This document shows positions 63,201-64,000 of a stretch of 64,000 bases of DNA, piece after piece. The position numbers and the translations under genes are program-made. Every line of letters begins with the position of its first letter. Within the stretch, counting starts at the first letter, position 1. The notes under the pieces were generated by a model. It saw only the letters and a program-made list of their open reading frames with translations. It ran no database searches and had not been told where the DNA came from. Source of the stretch: Dendrobates tinctorius (Eukaryota); NCBI RefSeq assembly GCF_039654945.1, contig NW_027361686.1, positions 806,001 to 870,000 of the forward strand, written 5' to 3'.

Positions 63201-64000
63201 AGGCCATGGACCCATACTTCAATGGATTTTATCTCTGATTTGCCTGTCTCTCAGAGAATGACTGTTATTTGGGTGATTTGTGATAGATTCTCTAAGATGG
63301 TCCATCTTGTACCACTCCATAAGTTGCCATCTTCATCAGAGTTGGTGCCCTTGTTTTTGCAACAGGTGGTTCGCTTGCACGGGATTCCTGAGAACATTGT
63401 ATCTGACAGAGGAGTTCAGTTTGTGTCTAGATTTTGGAGGACTTTCTGTTCCAAGCTGGGAATTCAGTTGTCCTTCTCCTCTGCGTTTCACCCTCAGAAC
63501 AATGGGCAGACGGAGAGAACAAACCAGACTTTTGAGTCGTATTTGAGATGTTTTATTTCTGCTGATCAGGATGATTGGGTTTCATTTTTGCCCTTGGCTG
63601 AATTTTCTTTAAATAATAGAGCTAGTTCTGCCACTTTGATGTCACCTTTTTTTGTAACTTTGGGTTTCATCCTCGATTCTCTTCAGGGCAGGTGGAGCCT
63701 TCCGCCTGCCCAGGTGTTGACACTGTGGTGGAGAGAATGCACCAGATCAGGGACCAAGTGGTGGATAAGTTGTCACTCTCCCAGGAAAAGGCCCAGCGGT
63801 TTTCCAACCGGCATAGGACCATTGGTCCCCAGTTTAAGGTGGGTGATATGGTTTGGTTGTCATCAAAGAATATCGCTATGAAGGTGGCTTCTCCAAAGTT
63901 TAAACCTAGATTTATTGGACCTTACAAGATTTCGGAGATTCTTAATCCAGTCTCTTTTCGATTGGCTCTTCCTGTTACATTTAAGATACATAACGTGTTT
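60259..64000 (+). pseudogene. Ty3/Gypsy gag-pol (gag, CCHC, protease, RT, RNase H, integrase) with few frameshifts; truncated by the window edge
   Basis: CFFCGDASHIISVC, FVDSGA, LDLRGAY, YLDD, EVDAS, TDHKNL, SMDFI, VSDRG, ERTNQ, GPY. Confidence 0.95.

Overview
This is eukaryotic DNA, almost entirely transposon-derived and deeply nested. An anuran amphibian is inferred from the element mix, not proven. No intact host gene is present. In order, the window holds: (1) an old BED-finger hAT transposon split by a ~13 kb L1, which itself carries a complete Tip100/ZMYM1-type hAT with TIRs and an 8-bp TSD, a solo LTR and a MITE; (2) a processed POLDIP3 pseudogene inside the 3' repeat region of that hAT; (3) a Tc1 fragment plus ~125-bp satellite, duplicated in inverted form, into which a chromodomain Ty3/Gypsy element (itself holding a near-full CR1 with an SGNH-esterase ORF1) and several solo LTRs inserted; (4) a Gmr1-type Gypsy with integrase before RT; (5) L1 remnants; (6) a partial-tandem Neptune-like Penelope element whose two pseudo-LTRs each carry a minimal type I hammerhead ribozyme with a palindromic stem III; (7) another Gypsy element running off the right edge. 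The most unusual observations are a ~109-bp segment in opposite orientation in the two LTRs of one provirus, the paired hammerheads with promoter and intron architecture, a CpG-decayed third hammerhead, and an apparently very long, monomer-containing L1 5' region. All ORFs are disrupted. Most findings are known phenomena or need cross-copy comparison, so I cannot claim a confirmed new system. Coordinates were read by eye; boundaries without a TSD are approximate.
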